A program made the position numbers and the translations under genes. Below the pieces are notes generated by a model. It was not told the origin of the DNA and searched no databases. It worked only from the letters and a program-made list of their open reading frames with translations. Of a DNA stretch of 35,067 nt, positions 31,701 through 35,067 are shown piece after piece. Source of the DNA: Klebsormidium nitens (taxonomy: Eukaryota > Plantae > Klebsormidiophyceae); NCBI GenBank assembly GCA_000708835.1, contig DF237714.1, positions 1 to 35,067 on the forward strand. The letters are read 5' to 3'. Each line of letters starts with the position of its first letter. The stretch's first letter is position 1.

Positions 31701-34700
31701 TTCCGGTGGGTGTTCAAATTGTATGGTGTTGATCAAACGGGCCCAACTTGCTCTTCTTTCGAAAAGGCAAGGGCCGTGTTTCTGCGGTGCTTACTGTAGT
31801 TGGACTCTCTACTTGGGCTGGATTCAGGTCTTGCGAGGAAAAGATAGTCAGCTGCGCCAAGTCCGTGAGGAACCTTGAGATATCCAGATCTTGTCTTGAG
31901 GCTGAGATTATTGGACTGCACCTGCCGTTCTGACGAAAGTACTGTAGTCCAAGGTGATGCTTCCGAATGAGTAAGTAAAAATCTGTATTCGACAGATAGT
32001 CAGATTATCGGATTTTGGTTCGGAAAGTGGAATTTCGGAAAGGTAAAGTAATCTTAAAGTGGTCCTCGGAAGCTACAAAGTTGCCGAAATCAGCTAAAGT
32101 GACCCTTCCAAATGAGAATATTAGGGCATTCGGATTCTTGTCGGAATCATCATAATCAATTCCACATCCCTGGTCGGATTGTCGGAAATATTTCAAAATA
32201 AAAGCGTTCGGAATTATCATGCTGGACTACGGTAATTCTTGACACGGATATGACCGGCTACTTCAGATCGCTGACCATCAGCTTTCTACGGCCTTCAGGG
32301 TCCAGCCTGCAACGGCTAGACTTGAAGGACAACGGCTTTGGCCCAGAGGGGGGCATGGCGCTCGCCAAGGCGTTGACAGCGCATCCAAAGCTCCGGGAAG
32401 CGATCCTTTCAGACCTAAGTAAGTGTACAGCCAAGCTTACGTATTTGGTGATTGCCATTTCAGCTCGTGTTCACAGACCAAGCCCCTCCAGGCACGCAGC
32501 ATCGGACCAGGCAGAAAGCCAACAAATCCCAAGCAATCTCAAGTCGCTGTTTCTGAGGAAGTTGTACCGTTCTCACAACGACAGAATGATGTATCTGGTA
32601 CCTGTGCATCGTGCACTCGCCATGGCATGGCGTGGAGGAAGACATACCAGGATGCGCGTCAAACCTGATAACAGTAGTTGTTTGCGCCACCTGAAGTCAC
32701 ACATCTAAGCATCCACTCTGTCAGAGATAACGCCTGTGCCGTTCAATTGTGTCGACGGGCAGAGTGCACCGGTATCAGCATTTGGCGTGATTCCCAGGTA
32801 TTACGGGGCGACAAGGGATGGGTCGTAATGGCCAAGAGCTTCCTGATACGCGGATACTGCCCACGATTTCGCTTTAATCTGGAAAACCTCTGTATGGCAG
32901 GCCTAGAAGACGAGGGGTCGGTTGCGGTCGCGAAAGCACTGGCTTCAAGGTGCCCAGACTTGGAGGTGAGACCAATCATGCTCACTTGAGTAGATTCTGC
33001 CTTGGCGTGTAGACGAGAACGGAGCTCCTTTTGATATTCCTGCGGGCAAATGGTGACCCTCTTGATGCGTCGGAGAAACCTGTTTGGCTGCTCGGGCACA
33101 TCTGAATGCTGAACACTATACTGTTGAAACATTCGTTTTGCAGCACGTTCGCTTTTGGTCTGGAGACTTGCCTGGATTGTTCCAAGGGACCAGTCCACCC
33201 ATTGTGATCAGCAAGCTGTAGGCCCCTTGACACTTGCGGCGGTAACGCATGTAAACGGTTCAACCCGCCTCTGCAACTTGTTTATATGTCCGGGACCGCG
33301 AAGAGAAATATAGTGTACCCGGACGCCCGAGCACAGCCGGCCCACGCAAAGGGGAGGAGTAATCAATCTAGCAAATGGCGCTGCCCTTTTTGGACCCGTC
33401 TGGAAACGACACCACTGGAACGGCCGTACGCTCTCTTCGCAATTTATTTTGCGAAGTGACAGAAGCTTCTGTTGCGTTTCTCCACTGCAGACGTTCAGAT
33501 GGACCTGTGCCCAAAGCGTCCAAAATGGTTGGCCGTCCGCTGCAGGCACTGGACCTGTCCGAAAACGACATCACAACAAAGCTGTACGGCTACTCCGGAC
33601 ACTATACGATAAGGACACCAAAAAATCTGTTGCGTTCTGCACTGCGAACGTCCGAAAGCGTCCTATCGTGAGCGTCCGAAGTGGTTGCTCTTCGCTGCAG
33701 GTACTGGACCTGTCCGGAAACGACATCACCCCGAAGGCTGCGACCGCCGTCGCGGAGGCTATCCGGGGGAAACAGAAGCTGCGGAAGCTGAACCTGGCGG
33801 ACAACGACCTCCGGGACCGGGGGGCGGCCGTCATCGCGAAAGTCCTCGAAATAGGGCACGAGTGAGTGCTTTGATGGACTGACAGATCCGCTGTCCTGGT
33901 GCTTTGGCGTTGAGGTCGCGTGCCTGGGTGTCAGTCGAAGAATTCTGAAAACCGGAGGGCCCATTTCGCGCTAGTGGGGTGGCTCGACTTGGACTTGATA
34001 CCGTCAGAATTCGGACTGGGCGACCTTGAAAAGCGCCGATTGCTGGAATTGATAAAAACAATTTCGTTGCCGATCGATCTTAGAATCCTCTGTTTGATGT
34101 GACGCAGGCTCACAAGCGGCCTAGTGAACGGGTCATCAAGTCACCCGTTTTCCAATACCATGTTAGTGGGTTGGTTGTCGGTGGTCAGGCCGTCGTTATG
34201 CTCGTTTGCAATACAACATTGTGTCAGTGGGCTCCCCCCAGCCCACAAGTTGCGGCAATGGTGCGTGTACTTCAGGGTGGAACCGTGCGACTTCCTTACA
34301 CAGCACTCGTGTCGTTACTTACGACGCGCCTCCCTCAGCACTCGTCTTTATTTTGCATCTTCGCTGACCGCAGTTCTTCCTCCAGAAATACCAGGGCCTG
34401 CAAGACGCAAATGTACGTTAATTCCGGAGATCTATATTTTTATTAGCTTTAACCATGATCGTTTTGACGGCCGACTCTTCCCCAGGTCTCTTGAGGAGTT
34501 GGACCTGACCTGCAACAGCCTCGGCCACATGGGAGCAGTCGCTGCCGCCAAAGCGGTCGTCTCCAAACCTGCCTTCAAGCTTTTATCCCTCAATGATAAC
34601 CACATCTCGGAAAAGGGGTTGGAGGAATTGCAAGACCTATTTCAGGACCGGAAAGAGGCTCTGGGGTCTTTGGAAGATAATGATGAAGAAGGAGAGGAAG

Positions 34701-34795
34701 AGGACGAAGAGGACGAGGAGGAAGAAGAAGGGGAAGAGGAAGAGGGGCCGGAAGCTGGGGAGCTTGCGGAAAAGCTAGGGGGGTTGAAGGTTTGA
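28719..34795 (+). CDS. RanGAP: Ran GTPase-activating protein (WPP domain, LRRs, acidic tail), 11 exons, ~531 aa
   Basis: Exons 28719-28862, 29161-29352, 29602-29700, 29997-30116, 30463-30597, 31061-31184, 31580-31705, 32299-32418, 32901-32965, 33701-33861, 34486-34795; total 1596 nt, phases consistent. WPP motif VWPPSQQMRDRLVERI; LRRs LNLSDNALGEKG, FYNNMSGDDGA, LDLKDNGFG; E/D-rich tail. Confidence 0.95.
33390..33581 (+). repeat. Partial copies of the RanGAP exon-10 acceptor and exon start
   Basis: 33516-33581 resembles 33672-33736; 33390-33416 resembles the start of exon 10. Confidence 0.88.
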
Positions 34796-35067
34796 ATATG
34801 AGCTTTCAAGGCGATGTCTCAGGTTAGAACTGCACTGACGGTTATACTTATTATGGATTCGCTTCAGGCGGGCCATGAGGTAATGGCTCCGCGGGTACGT
34901 TGAGCCGAGTCTTCAAGAGCTGATTGGTACTACAGATAGTTGTCTACCGAGGTCGTTCTGAGCTTACTTGATGCAGATCTGATACGTCTTGAATGTCAAG
35001 ACGTGGATATTTAGTACCTTACATGCAAAACTTATGTCTTGGTTCTGTGCAACTTATAGTAACACTG

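Noticed and set aside
34680-34760. GAA/GAG-rich simple repeat
   Set aside because: It encodes the standard acidic tail of RanGAP.

Overview
Eukaryotic nuclear DNA with GT-AG introns. The gene content (plastid PDH E2 with transit peptide, WPP-domain RanGAP) points to a streptophyte, probably a Klebsormidium-like alga; this is an inference. Five multi-exon genes could be reconstructed by hand with continuous reading frames: plastid pyruvate dehydrogenase E2 (LTA2, +), SMC5/6 subunit NSE3/MAGE (-), a UGNT1-like nucleotide-sugar transporter (+), an ankyrin-repeat protein (-) and RanGAP (+). There is also an orphan ~300-codon ORF (-) and a possible partial gene at the left edge. The most unusual pattern is 'exon-edge echoes'. 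In four of the five genes, the intron next to an exon holds one to three diverged copies of that exon's edge together with its splice site. The differences from the real exon are often silent, and one echo would add an in-frame 55-aa insertion if used. All alignments and counts were done by eye. No prokaryotic, CRISPR or RNA-gene features are supported.
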